Source: Patescibacteria group bacterium (GTDB lineage Bacteria > Patescibacteriota > UBA1384 > JBAYJO01). From it: a stretch of 64,000 bases of DNA. Shown here piece by piece: positions 28,398 to 38,377 of this stretch. The stretch is taken from assembly GCA_041665085.1 (NCBI GenBank), contig JBAYJO010000003.1, forward strand, positions 2,131 through 66,130. The letters are read 5' to 3'. A program made the translations under genes and the position numbers. Numbering within the stretch: the first letter of the stretch is position 1; each line of letters starts with the position of its first letter. Below the pieces are notes generated by a model. It searched no databases and was not told the origin of the DNA. It saw only the letters and a program-made list of their open reading frames with translations.

Positions 28398-29141
28398 ATG
28401 GACGGTGCAATGAGCAGTATTAATATTTTAATTTTAGCTTTTCTTTCCGGATTGGCTACATTTTTCGGTGTTTACCTTGGAGACAAAAGCAATAAAAGCA
28501 CTGCAAATATTGCTTTCGGCACTAGTTTTGCGGCTGGTATTATGATTTTAATATCATTTTTTGAGCTTATTCCGGAAGCTTACCATAGTGCTGGTGCAAG
28601 GTCTTTATTTTGGGTAGTTTTAGGTTTATTGGCAGTTTGGTTGATAAATAAAATCTTGCCGCATATTCACTCAATAAAAGGGATTGAAAATTGTGAACAA
28701 AAATGTTCTCTAAAATTATCTTATCTTTTAGCGATCGGCTTAATTCTTCATGACTTTCCGGAAGGATTTGCCATCCCAAGCTCATTTACAAGTTCTTCAG
28801 AGCTAGGATTGCTTCTAGTAATTGCTACATTTATTCACAATATTCCAGAAGGATATGTTTTAACTGTTGCCTCGGCTAAATACAAGAGCAAAGGGTTCTT
28901 TTATAAATTGGCACTATTTTCAGCAGTTTCGACACTGTTAGGGGCTACTCTAGGCGTAATTTTAATTCATTACTTTAGTTTTCTTAACCCAGTCTTTCTT
29001 TCGATTGCCGCAGGAGCGATGATATTTATATCTATTCACGAACTCATTCCAGCGAGTTTAAAGAATGGCAGGAAACTGACTTTTCTTCTCGGAACTAGTA
29101 CTTCGCTGGCTGTTTACTTCGGACTTAATTTAATATTTTAA
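28398..29141 (+). CDS. ZIP-family metal (Zn/Fe) transporter.
   Basis: 'HDFPEGFAI' and 'HNIPEGYVL' metal-binding TM motifs, ~8 TM. Confidence 0.85.
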   Translation: MDGAMSSINILILAFLSGLATFFGVYLGDKSNKSTANIAFGTSFAAGIMILISFFELIPEAYHSAGARSLFWVVLGLLAVWLINKILPHIHSIKGIENCEQKCSLKLSYLLAIGLILHDFPEGFAIPSSFTSSSELGLLLVIATFIHNIPEGYVLTVASAKYKSKGFFYKLALFSAVSTLLGATLGVILIHYFSFLNPVFLSIAAGAMIFISIHELIPASLKNGRKLTFLLGTSTSLAVYFGLNLIF

Positions 29142-29208
29142 TTTTTGTTAGATTTAGATTTACTTTTTTGTGGTATGATAAAATTATATAAATAACTAAA
29201 GGAGAAAA

Positions 29209-29937
29209 ATGAAAATTACACATGTTTTATTAACAGCGGTGATCGTCGCTATGCCAAATGCTATCTTAGCGGTATCGAGCAATAGTCAAGGGCAGGGATC
29301 GGTTTCATCAAATAGTTCATCGAGTACATCGGTAAACTCAAACAGCGCAAATTCAAACAGTCAGTCCGGTACCGGTATTCAGACGCAAAACCAAACTCAG
29401 ACGAACAACGCTGGGGCTTCAACACAGATTCAAACTCAAACAGAGGAGGAAACTCAAGCTGCAGCAAAGGTAAAAGAAACTGCTCCGAAATATATCCCGA
29501 CTAATTCAAAATCTGTCGAACACAAAAGCGTGGTTGCTAATGCGGTTCAAAGTTTAATTCAAGCCTCTTATCAACTTGAAAACACTGGTCTTGGTGATCA
29601 AGTTAGAACTATCGCTCAAACTCAGTCGCAAAATCAAGATAAAATTGGTCAGGCTGTAGATAACGCAGACAAACGAACTGGCTTTGCCAAATTTTTTATC
29701 GGTGTAAATTACAAAGAGTTAAGACTTGCCAAGACGGCCATGGAGCAAAATCGAACGCAGATTCAAGAGTTAGAACAACTAATGGCTCAAATTGATAATG
29801 AGGGCGACAAGTTGGAAATTGCCAACCAAATTATAGTTTTGCAAAATCAACAAATCGAACTTAAAGATCAACTAGCAGAAGAAACTTCGGGTTTTTCGCT
29901 CTTTGGCTGGCTCGCACGATGGCGTAATAGCTACTAA
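29209..29937 (+). CDS. Secreted S/N/Q-rich protein with a C-terminal coiled coil. Hypothetical.
   Basis: Signal peptide, low-complexity Ser/Asn/Gln region, heptad-like C-terminus. RBS AAGGAG. Confidence 0.5.
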   Translation: MKITHVLLTAVIVAMPNAILAVSSNSQGQGSVSSNSSSSTSVNSNSANSNSQSGTGIQTQNQTQTNNAGASTQIQTQTEEETQAAAKVKETAPKYIPTNSKSVEHKSVVANAVQSLIQASYQLENTGLGDQVRTIAQTQSQNQDKIGQAVDNADKRTGFAKFFIGVNYKELRLAKTAMEQNRTQIQELEQLMAQIDNEGDKLEIANQIIVLQNQQIELKDQLAEETSGFSLFGWLARWRNSY

Positions 29938-29996
29938 AATTTTCTCAGTATTTTTTCAGCACAATATAATATTGTAAGGTCAAGGAGTTTGCAAAT

Positions 29997-30626
29997 ATGA
30001 AATTTTTAATCAAACTTGATCGGTTTTTTGCGTGGGTTCTGTTCGGTGGGATGTTACTTTATTTTGTCTCCGGTTATGGCATGACTAAAGGTATAATTGA
30101 TGTATCTTTTGCAACTAAAATTCATCTCAACTTTTTGACGTACATTATTCTGATGGCTTTCACCTTTCATACTTTTTATGCCATTCACTTGGCTTTTAAA
30201 CGATGGCGAATTTGGGGTGGGCCAGCGAAGGTTTTACTGGTCAGTTTTTTCGTTGCCTTTTTCGGATCTTTCGTCTATATCGATCGATATTATCAAATCT
30301 CTAAGCAAATACCCGTAGAGTCTAGCCCTAGTGAAAGTGTGAGCAACACAAATTCTGAAGCAATAACACTGACAAACTCAAACAGCAATAGTGCTTTGTC
30401 TACCGAAGAGACTTTTACCATCTCACAGCTTTCGAAGTATAATGGCAAAAATGGTCAGAGCGCCTATGTAGCTGTTGACGGTAACATTTATGATCTAACT
30501 TCGGTTTTTAATAATGGTAGTCATTTTTCTCATTATGCCGGAACCGAATTAACTAATGCATTTTACACTCGTCATGCTAAAAGTGCTCTCTCTAAATTTC
30601 CAATTGTGGGAAAATTGGTAAAATAA
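29997..30626 (+). CDS. Membrane protein with a C-terminal cytochrome b5-like heme/steroid-binding (MAPR-type) domain.
   Basis: 4 TM, then 'FTISQLSKYNGKNGQSAYVAVDGNIYDLT…HYAGTELTNAF'. Confidence 0.6.
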   Translation: MKFLIKLDRFFAWVLFGGMLLYFVSGYGMTKGIIDVSFATKIHLNFLTYIILMAFTFHTFYAIHLAFKRWRIWGGPAKVLLVSFFVAFFGSFVYIDRYYQISKQIPVESSPSESVSNTNSEAITLTNSNSNSALSTEETFTISQLSKYNGKNGQSAYVAVDGNIYDLTSVFNNGSHFSHYAGTELTNAFYTRHAKSALSKFPIVGKLVK

Positions 30627-30811
30627 TTTTTTTGAATATTTAATTTGCTGAGTTTTAACTGTAGTTTTTTTATGATAAAATATTAGTTAGTTAAGATAGA
30701 AGATTTGTTATTAAATTTGGGTTGAAAATTGTTATTTAACATAAGAATTTTTTTCAATAAATAATCTTTTATTAGAAAACATAGCTCAAATAATATTAAA
30801 TGGAGGGGAAA

Positions 30812-32272
30812 ATGAATGATTCAAACCAACCCAAGAAGAAATTGGTTATATTTATTGTAATTCTTATTCTAATTATCGCGGGGATAGTTGTAAGTGGCTA
30901 TTGTCTGTATTGTTCTATAACCAAAACCAGTACCAACTTTGATACTAGTTCTATTTCTAGCATCGATGAGATGGCTTCATCGTGGCCGAAAAGTGATTCG
31001 CCTTGGCCGATGTTTCATGGCAACTATAATCATACCGGATTTGTTAATGTTTCAGGACCGGCTACTAATCAATTAAAATGGAAATATTTAATCGGGGCAA
31101 CTGCGGGTAATTTTCCTAACAGTGTGATTGTTGCTAAGGATGGAATCATATTTGTGGCTGGCAATAATAAGATAACGGCTTTAAATACCGATGGTTCTTT
31201 AAGGTGGGTTAAGGATTATAATTCAACGCAAGGTCCGTCTTTGTCTGCAGATGGAAAAACCTTATATTTTGTTTCTATGTCTTCGATCATTGCTACTTCC
31301 TCGCTTGACGGCAGTAAAATTTGGGAATTTAAAGCAGATGGTAATATGGTTTTTGGTCCGACGATCGGACCGGACGGGGTGATCTATCAGGGTTCTTGGG
31401 ATAAATATTTTTATGCCATTAATCCCGACGGCACACTCAAATGGAAATATTTGACCAAGGGCACAATCTCATATCCATCAAGTATTGATAAAAACGGTAA
31501 TATTTATCTTGGCGGCGGCGATGCTCACTTTGGTCCGGACGGCAATATTTACGCTTTTGACAAAGATGGCAAATTGCTTTGGACTTATGATACGAAAATG
31601 CTGCGAGTCGGTTCTCCTGCTATCGGTTACGATGGTTTGCTCTATTTCCCGGCCTCACCGGATTTGTTTGTATTGAATGTAAAAGGAGAACTGGTTTGGA
31701 AAAAAGGACCGGAAGCGGTTGTGACAGCGGCTCCAGAAAGTGAAGCTTCGAACGTCACGCCTGTTGGAACGACAAGCGAACCACAAAGCGGGGCACCGGC
31801 AACAGATTGTCCTCCGCCACCAGCACCTTGCGGTAATGTTCCCAGTGAAGCCGATGGAGGTGCGCAAGGAGGACCGTCGGGCATGGAAATTGAAGCTGGT
31901 GTGGAAGTAATTGCCGGTATTATTTCACCGGCCTTAACACCGGAAGGACTGATTTATATCGGTAACCCGCAAGGCAAATTAATGGCTATTGATTCAAAGA
32001 CTCAAGAAATTAAATGGTCATATCAAACCGGTAAAAATCCGGATCCAAAAGGCATTGATTTTGGTCTGCCAAGTTTTATTATTACAGATAAAGATGGAAC
32101 AGCTTATCTGGGTGCGTTTGATCATAAATTTTATGCTATTAGTAAAGACGGTAAAGAGAAATGGAGTTATGAAACGGGCGACAAGATTACCGAAGCGGCT
32201 CCTGCCATTGGCGCTGATGGCACAATTTATTTTACTTCGGAAGACGGATATGTTTATGCGATAGGGAAATAA
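30812..32272 (+). CDS. PQQ-like beta-propeller repeat protein (BamB-like) with a TM anchor and an internal Pro/Gly-rich GC-rich insertion.
   Basis: Repeated '…DG..YF.S.DG.LYA…G...W.Y.T' blades. The insertion at ~31715-31900 encodes 'TAAPESEASNVTPVGTTSEPQSGAPATDCPPPPAPCGNVP…'. Start follows RBS GGAGGGGA. Confidence 0.7.
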   Translation: MNDSNQPKKKLVIFIVILILIIAGIVVSGYCLYCSITKTSTNFDTSSISSIDEMASSWPKSDSPWPMFHGNYNHTGFVNVSGPATNQLKWKYLIGATAGNFPNSVIVAKDGIIFVAGNNKITALNTDGSLRWVKDYNSTQGPSLSADGKTLYFVSMSSIIATSSLDGSKIWEFKADGNMVFGPTIGPDGVIYQGSWDKYFYAINPDGTLKWKYLTKGTISYPSSIDKNGNIYLGGGDAHFGPDGNIYAFDKDGKLLWTYDTKMLRVGSPAIGYDGLLYFPASPDLFVLNVKGELVWKKGPEAVVTAAPESEASNVTPVGTTSEPQSGAPATDCPPPPAPCGNVPSEADGGAQGGPSGMEIEAGVEVIAGIISPALTPEGLIYIGNPQGKLMAIDSKTQEIKWSYQTGKNPDPKGIDFGLPSFIITDKDGTAYLGAFDHKFYAISKDGKEKWSYETGDKITEAAPAIGADGTIYFTSEDGYVYAIGK

Positions 32273-32291
32273 TCGGATCCAAGGAGATAGT

Positions 32292-33473
32292 ATGGCGGAG
32301 CAACAATACAAACAAGCGCTAGCTACTCAAGACCAAGATATTGAGGAGAAAGTAATAAAGCCGAAAAAATGGTGGCGTTGGTGTTGTGGCATTCCGGCGA
32401 TTATTTGCGTATTGATATTTATCGCATTGATTATTTTTGTATTTATAATCGAAAAGAAACAAGCAGACAGGATGTCTAATCGTAATAAGCCGGAAACTTA
32501 TTCCGAAATATTTAATATCAATATCTTGCCTGACTATACAGTTAGTGAAACTGATGAAAAAGAGTTTAATAAGAAAATTGTAATTTTGTTTCAGAAAAAT
32601 GATTCAGAAATTGGTAACTACACTGAAAACGGAGACACAAAATTACTTCCTTTACTAAATAAAGACAAAAAGTTAGCTAAAGCCATATCGGATATGAAAT
32701 TTCTCAAAGATTATTATCCAGAAGGATACTATTTGGTAGTAAACTCCGTCCTTAAAACTCCTGAAAAAGAACAACAATTTCCAAATTTTTATCGTCATTC
32801 TACAGGGGAAGTAGACAGGGTGAATTTCCTTGTTCACGAGCTTTCTCACCTTAGTATTATTGTTAATGCATTAGGATGCGATGATTTTGGATATCTTGTT
32901 GAGGATAAATTTGTCAATTTCAATAAATTAACAAATGCACCCAAGGGCGATGAACTATTAAAATACATTAGCGAGTTGACTGCTTTAGACAATAAATACT
33001 TAAAAGAAAGTAAACATAACATTTACGCTACGCTTGATGAAATTGTTGCATATACAAAAAGTGTCAGATTGTATAGGGCTTTTGCCTATAAGAATAAAGT
33101 TACAATTGATGAAGACGCACCGCAGGGATTATCCAGACAGCTATATTATTTATCTTTGCATCTTAAAAATATTAAGGAAAACCACCCTGCTTTTTGGGAA
33201 AACTTAAAAAAAGAAAAGGGATTTGCCTATATAGTTTCTCGCGAAGTAACTATTGTTAAAACCGAGATAAAAGCAGCAAAGGATGAAGGTGTATGGAGTT
33301 CGACCAATACCGATTTTGCCGGTTCGATAGATAATAATCTATTGTCATTCGATCAGAATCAATCCGTGTTAGACGAATTATTTGACGCTGCTGGTTTAGA
33401 CTCTATGAACAATTTGCAAAATCTTACAGAACAGAAACTAATGATACTTGGCCTCAAGATTAAGAAATTTTGA
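32292..33473 (+). CDS. Membrane-anchored hypothetical protein with an HExxH motif (possible zinc metalloprotease).
   Basis: N-terminal TM 'WWRWCCGIPAIICVLIFIALIIFVFII' and 'LVHELSHLS'. Confidence 0.4.
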   Translation: MAEQQYKQALATQDQDIEEKVIKPKKWWRWCCGIPAIICVLIFIALIIFVFIIEKKQADRMSNRNKPETYSEIFNINILPDYTVSETDEKEFNKKIVILFQKNDSEIGNYTENGDTKLLPLLNKDKKLAKAISDMKFLKDYYPEGYYLVVNSVLKTPEKEQQFPNFYRHSTGEVDRVNFLVHELSHLSIIVNALGCDDFGYLVEDKFVNFNKLTNAPKGDELLKYISELTALDNKYLKESKHNIYATLDEIVAYTKSVRLYRAFAYKNKVTIDEDAPQGLSRQLYYLSLHLKNIKENHPAFWENLKKEKGFAYIVSREVTIVKTEIKAAKDEGVWSSTNTDFAGSIDNNLLSFDQNQSVLDELFDAAGLDSMNNLQNLTEQKLMILGLKIKKF

Positions 33474-33501
33474 GAGTTAATAATTGTTTCAATAAGATAA
33501 T

Positions 33502-34491
33502 ATGAAGAGAAAATATATTTACGATTTAATAATAATAGTGTTTCTAGGATTAACATTTTTGTATTTTCAATTTTATACTCCGCGATCGGCAATCAAACTA
33601 AGCCAAAGGATCGATGAAACGCAAGCTGGCAATTATGATTCCGATCGGATCACATTATCAAAAAAATATGAAACATATCTAGCCAAATGGTTGCCTAAGG
33701 GCGACAAAACTCCAACCATCGGACATTATTATATTGGCCAGCAAAGAAAGCTTTTAGATTTGAGGATTGAAAAAGCGATTGATGAGGTTAAAACTATAGT
33801 CATACCAACACGAAAAGTGCGGATTTGGAGTTTGTTGAATATGGGGGTAGTTGTTAAAACTCATGATAAAATAATTTCCATCGATACTGCCAATATTCCT
33901 TTTGTTTCTATTGCTCACAATGAACTGACCAGCATTGCCGATATTTTTCTTGTTACTCATGCTGATGCTGATCACTACGATAGGCAACTTTTAGCAGAAG
34001 CTTTAAAAAATAAAAAAACAATAATTTTTCCGGAGGGATTTTACTTTACTGGAGAAGATAATAACCCCAATATTTATAAATTAAAAAGCGGCCAAAGAAC
34101 AAATATTGATGGTATTTATGTTACTGCGTTTAAAACCGATCATCGCGGTGATGGAAATTTTCAAATTCCAAACTGTTGGTTTTTGATCGAAGTTGACGGC
34201 TTTAAAATATTGCACACTGGTGATGGCTTAGCTTTTCAAAATCCGACCGAAAGCCAGTATTTGCGGGATCGTCGCGATATCGATATTATGCTGACCAATC
34301 TAATGTTAAGTGATGAGAATATTCGAAATATTAAGCCAAATGTAGCAGTACCGCTTCATTTATTTAAATATATACACAGTCGTGAACAACTCAAAGAAAG
34401 TACTTTTGAATCTGCGATAGCTAAATATGATCAAAAAATATCCGGTATAGATATGAAAATGTTGTTTGCTGGAGAAGGTTTTGAATATTGA
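33502..34491 (+). CDS. Metallo-beta-lactamase-fold hydrolase with an N-terminal TM anchor.
   Basis: 'IFLVTHADADHYD' HxHxDH motif. Downstream His and Asp residues. Confidence 0.65.
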   Translation: MKRKYIYDLIIIVFLGLTFLYFQFYTPRSAIKLSQRIDETQAGNYDSDRITLSKKYETYLAKWLPKGDKTPTIGHYYIGQQRKLLDLRIEKAIDEVKTIVIPTRKVRIWSLLNMGVVVKTHDKIISIDTANIPFVSIAHNELTSIADIFLVTHADADHYDRQLLAEALKNKKTIIFPEGFYFTGEDNNPNIYKLKSGQRTNIDGIYVTAFKTDHRGDGNFQIPNCWFLIEVDGFKILHTGDGLAFQNPTESQYLRDRRDIDIMLTNLMLSDENIRNIKPNVAVPLHLFKYIHSREQLKESTFESAIAKYDQKISGIDMKMLFAGEGFEY

Positions 34492-34571
34492 GAAAATTTT
34501 AATCATTTTAATAATAAATGTTGTGTTTTTACTTGGTAAAATATGATAACATAATTATATAAGGAGGAAAA

Positions 34572-35663
34572 ATGAAAAGAATTTTAACAATAGTATCTGT
34601 GTGTTTAGTATTTTTTTCGGCTGTACCGGTATTGGCAGCGAATGAAAATCAATTACCGTCAAAATTTACCTATGCTAAAGAATGGGTTGTATTAAATTTG
34701 TTTACTTGGAAATATGAGTCAAAATTGACTGTCTTAGATCGTTATGCCACCGAACGAGTGGGTAATATTGAAACTACTAGTCGAAATGGCTCTGATGGTG
34801 AAATTCAAGAATTGGTTGATAGATATTTGCGAATTAATGGAAAAGAAAACAACCTGATTCAAACAAAAAACATATCGGATAAAAAGATAAATATGGTAAT
34901 GGAGCAAGAGTTAGAAAGACAAAGAATTTTGTCGACAATAAGGCAAGAAACTAAATCTGAAGATGTTAAAAACAAAATGGTTGAGACACAAGAGAGAGTT
35001 GTGAACAATATTAAAACAGCCTTAAAGAATAATAAGAATGATGACGATATAAATGAATTTCAGAATAATATTGTAGCTTCTTGGCGTGATCCTAAAGGTG
35101 AACTGAACCAAAATCAGGAAAGAGAAACTCGTGTTTATACTACTGGTACGACGGAAAATGGCACAATTGACGATGGGGTAATTATTGATGGCGGCGAGGC
35201 AAAAATCAGTAAAGACAATGGCGGCAATTTAAAAATTGAATACGCACCTGGCACTGGGCCATCTTCAACTACTACCGAGAGTGGTTTGAGAATATGGAAA
35301 ATCGTTCAAAGCGACGGCACAACCATAGATAGTTATCAGGCGGCAGGTAGAGTAGTAATTGGACAAAGTACGGGAGTATCTGGGAATGTTGTGGTTAATA
35401 CTGTTGCGGACGGAACAAACACTACTTCATCAGAAGCTAATGTTGTTGCTGGAAATAATAGTGCTGCGAGCGGTGTAACGGTTGTTGGCGGTAAGCCGAT
35501 AATAAAAACAGGACAAGCAGGAATGGAATCCGACGATTCAGTTTCCGATCCTTCACAAGCTACCAGAAACGAAATCAATTCCTCCAATGGTGCCAATTTA
35601 ATAAACGGAACAAATAGTGGTGGACAAAATGTAGAGCAGGCTACTCCGGTTTCCCCACAATAA
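34572..35663 (+). CDS. Secreted hypothetical protein.
   Basis: Signal peptide 'MKRILTIVSVCLVFFSAVPVLAA'. RBS AAGGAGG. No family recognised. Confidence 0.5.
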   Translation: MKRILTIVSVCLVFFSAVPVLAANENQLPSKFTYAKEWVVLNLFTWKYESKLTVLDRYATERVGNIETTSRNGSDGEIQELVDRYLRINGKENNLIQTKNISDKKINMVMEQELERQRILSTIRQETKSEDVKNKMVETQERVVNNIKTALKNNKNDDDINEFQNNIVASWRDPKGELNQNQERETRVYTTGTTENGTIDDGVIIDGGEAKISKDNGGNLKIEYAPGTGPSSTTTESGLRIWKIVQSDGTTIDSYQAAGRVVIGQSTGVSGNVVVNTVADGTNTTSSEANVVAGNNSAASGVTVVGGKPIIKTGQAGMESDDSVSDPSQATRNEINSSNGANLINGTNSGGQNVEQATPVSPQ

Positions 35664-35696
35664 TTTACTATTTTTGATTTATACTGGGAGAGACAA

Positions 35697-36929
35697 ATGA
35701 AAGATGGATTAAACCAGCCCAATCTGTCGGAGCAAAAAAATAAGAAAAAAATATGTTTTTGGGTTATATTGATTATTATAATTTCAGCTATTGGTCTATA
35801 TTGTTATCTGGATTGGCAAAGTAGCCGACCGGTGGATGATTTTATTTCTCCATTAGGTCCAATAGTGGATACTAACACAACGCCGAAAATAATTCCGCAA
35901 CAGATTTTGGATAATAAGTTTGGCTGGCTTGGCGGAGGAATAGAGGATTCAGGGGATGGAATCGTAGAGAAAGAAGGCGGATGGATGAGACCGCATCCGG
36001 GTGCGTTTGTTTGGGATATGATGCAGAAATCAAAAGATGGTGAAATTGATTTTTCGCTAGCTGACACAGAAGTTAAAAATATTCAAAAAAACAACCTTGG
36101 AATATTAGCAACTATTTGGCCGTTTGCTGACTGGGATCAAAAAAACTTATCTGATGCGGAAAATTGTAAAGTTTCTGAAAATGACGAATTTTTACCAAAA
36201 AATGATAAAAAAGGGCGCGGAGTTTATTTGCCGGAATGTCGATGCAATCCAAGCGATTGGGCTAGCTATCAAAAATTCGTAGAGGCAGTTGTCGAGCGGT
36301 ATGATGGTGATGGAATTTCTGATATGCCGGGACTAATTATTCCGATCAAATATTGGGAAGTAATGAATGAACCGGACCTGCAATACGGAAGTAATGCGCC
36401 AATTGGCGATTCTGATCGCTTGACTTTTTACAAACAGGGCCCAACTGAATATGGAGAACTACTCAAAAAAAGTTATTTTTCAATCAAAAGCGCAGACTCT
36501 ACCGCAAGTGTGTTAATCGCTGGCGCCGCTGGAGCGGATGAGAGAATGCTTGGTTTTTATGAAGAAGTTTTTGCCGATCCGGAAACAAAAACATCTTTTG
36601 ACATTGGCAATATCCATTGCATTTCCAACGATCAACAGACACATGATTTTAATGTTACGGCATATAAAAAAATGCTGGCCAGTTTTGGTATTACGAAGCC
36701 AATCTGGGTTACAGAAGCAGAGGCAATGTATGGCACAACCGGTGAGACAAATTTTCAAAGCACAAAAACAAGCACTACCGGCGCCATCGCTGCCGGAGCT
36801 GAAAGAATATTTTTTACGCGAGACGATTTTGGCGACACTAGAACAGATATGTCAAAAATAAATACGGCAAGCGACTATCCAAGTGCGGAAAAGTATCGAG
36901 AAATTATTAAGAGCTATTTAAATAAATAA
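35697..36929 (+). CDS. Membrane-anchored glycoside-hydrolase-like protein (GH5/GH39-like TIM barrel).
   Basis: 'IWPFADWDQ' and 'YWEVMNEPD' (NEP acid/base motif) with a later 'WVTEAE' nucleophile-like motif. N-terminal TM. Confidence 0.55.
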   Translation: MKDGLNQPNLSEQKNKKKICFWVILIIIISAIGLYCYLDWQSSRPVDDFISPLGPIVDTNTTPKIIPQQILDNKFGWLGGGIEDSGDGIVEKEGGWMRPHPGAFVWDMMQKSKDGEIDFSLADTEVKNIQKNNLGILATIWPFADWDQKNLSDAENCKVSENDEFLPKNDKKGRGVYLPECRCNPSDWASYQKFVEAVVERYDGDGISDMPGLIIPIKYWEVMNEPDLQYGSNAPIGDSDRLTFYKQGPTEYGELLKKSYFSIKSADSTASVLIAGAAGADERMLGFYEEVFADPETKTSFDIGNIHCISNDQQTHDFNVTAYKKMLASFGITKPIWVTEAEAMYGTTGETNFQSTKTSTTGAIAAGAERIFFTRDDFGDTRTDMSKINTASDYPSAEKYREIIKSYLNK

Positions 36930-37011
36930 ATTTTTCGTATTTTTAAGCCTATGAAAAGAATATTTTTAGTTATATAATAAATACACATGTTAATAACTAT
37001 CTTGGATAAAT

Positions 37012-37620
37012 ATGGAATTATTTAGTGGAGAATCATTAACGAATTTAGTTAGAACTGCTGGCTATTTAGGACTTTTTGCGATTATTTTTGCTGAGTCGGG
37101 ACTGTTTATCGGTTTTTTCTTGCCGGGGGATAGTTTGCTGTTTACAGCCGGTTTATTAGCTTCTCAAGGTATTCTTAATATTTATTGGTTGATATTAGTA
37201 TTATTTGTTGCTGCTGTTACTGGCGATAATGTTGGATACACTTTTGGTCGTCGAGTAGGCCATAGGATATTTAAAAGAGAGGATTCTCTTCTTTTTCATA
37301 AAAATAATTTAATTAGAGCGGAGAATTTTTATAAACAGTATGGTTCCATGACAATAATTATTGCCAGATTTATTCCAATTGTTAGAACGTTTGCTCCAAT
37401 TGTTGCAGGCGTTGGAAAAATGGAGTATAAAAGATTTTTTACTTATAATCTGATTGGTGGGTTTCTGTGGACTATCGTGATGACTTTGTCGGGATTTATC
37501 TTGGTGAAAATATTTCCAAATATTGAACATAATCTTTCACTAGTGGTGTTAATAATTATTATAGTTTCGGTTATACAACCGGCTTATCATATTATTAAAG
37601 AGAGATCAAAAAAGAGTTAG
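37012..37620 (+). CDS. DedA/SNARE-associated family membrane protein.
   Basis: 'FLPGDSLLFTAG…VTGDNVGYTFGRRVG' DedA signature. Confidence 0.85.
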   Translation: MELFSGESLTNLVRTAGYLGLFAIIFAESGLFIGFFLPGDSLLFTAGLLASQGILNIYWLILVLFVAAVTGDNVGYTFGRRVGHRIFKREDSLLFHKNNLIRAENFYKQYGSMTIIIARFIPIVRTFAPIVAGVGKMEYKRFFTYNLIGGFLWTIVMTLSGFILVKIFPNIEHNLSLVVLIIIIVSVIQPAYHIIKERSKKS

Positions 37621-38288
37621 AACTTTTTGTTTTTAAGTTCATTTAATGCGTTTGCAGCAATCCATTTTGCGGCTTTGTTTTCTTTAGGTTGTATTTTTTT
37701 AGCCAGCTCTATTGCTTCTATATTTAATTTTTTATTTCTCTTACCAATTTGTCTTAAGGCCCAATTTACTGCTTTTTTAACAAAATTTCTCTCATCAGTT
37801 GAATATTTTTCTATCAGTGGAAAAAATGAAGTATATACTTTATCTTCAGCTTTTTTGTTATGAACTGCTAGCCAAGCAACCATCACAAAACCTGCTCGTC
37901 TAGTATATTCTTTTTCAGATAGTATATACTCTTTAATTTTTTTGTAAGCAAATGGAGTTTTGTCGAACAGTGAACCACAGACACTATCGCAAATATCCCA
38001 TGAATTAAAACTATTTACCCATTCATCCATTTGATTTTCTGTTACATTTTTTGGATCCTCAATAAATGCTGCAATCATTCGTGCTTCATGGATTTCGCTA
38101 TTCCAAAGTTCCATTGCTAGCTCGTGATTATTTGTTGTGGATTTTTTGATTTCTTTTGCCATTTGTCTAAGAATTGGCATAGAAACTCCATAGGTATTTT
38201 TAGTGTTTATTCCAAATCTAGCCATTCCTGCAATATTTTTCTCATTTTTTAAAGATTTTATTTTTGTAATTATATCTTCTTTTTTCAT
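37617..38288 (-). CDS. DNA alkylation repair enzyme (AlkD/AlkC-like HEAT-repeat glycosylase).
   Basis: '…ARFGINTKNTYGVSMPILRQMAKEIKK…ELWNSEIHEARMIAAFIEDP…' matches the AlkD-family pattern. Confidence 0.7.
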   Translation of the reverse strand: MKKEDIITKIKSLKNEKNIAGMARFGINTKNTYGVSMPILRQMAKEIKKSTTNNHELAMELWNSEIHEARMIAAFIEDPKNVTENQMDEWVNSFNSWDICDSVCGSLFDKTPFAYKKIKEYILSEKEYTRRAGFVMVAWLAVHNKKAEDKVYTSFFPLIEKYSTDERNFVKKAVNWALRQIGKRNKKLNIEAIELAKKIQPKENKAAKWIAANALNELKNKKF

Positions 38289-38377
38289 ATTTAAATAATA
38301 ACATAAATCACTAATCCTTTGACAATTTTAGCAAATTGGAGTATTATTAATAAGTTATACACTTTAATTTTATCTTT

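Noticed and set aside
31642-31884. Minus-strand ORFs 31642-31884 and 31655-31867 (Cys/Arg/Gly-rich).
   Set aside because: They are antisense to the GC-rich insertion in the PQQ-propeller gene and are composition artefacts.
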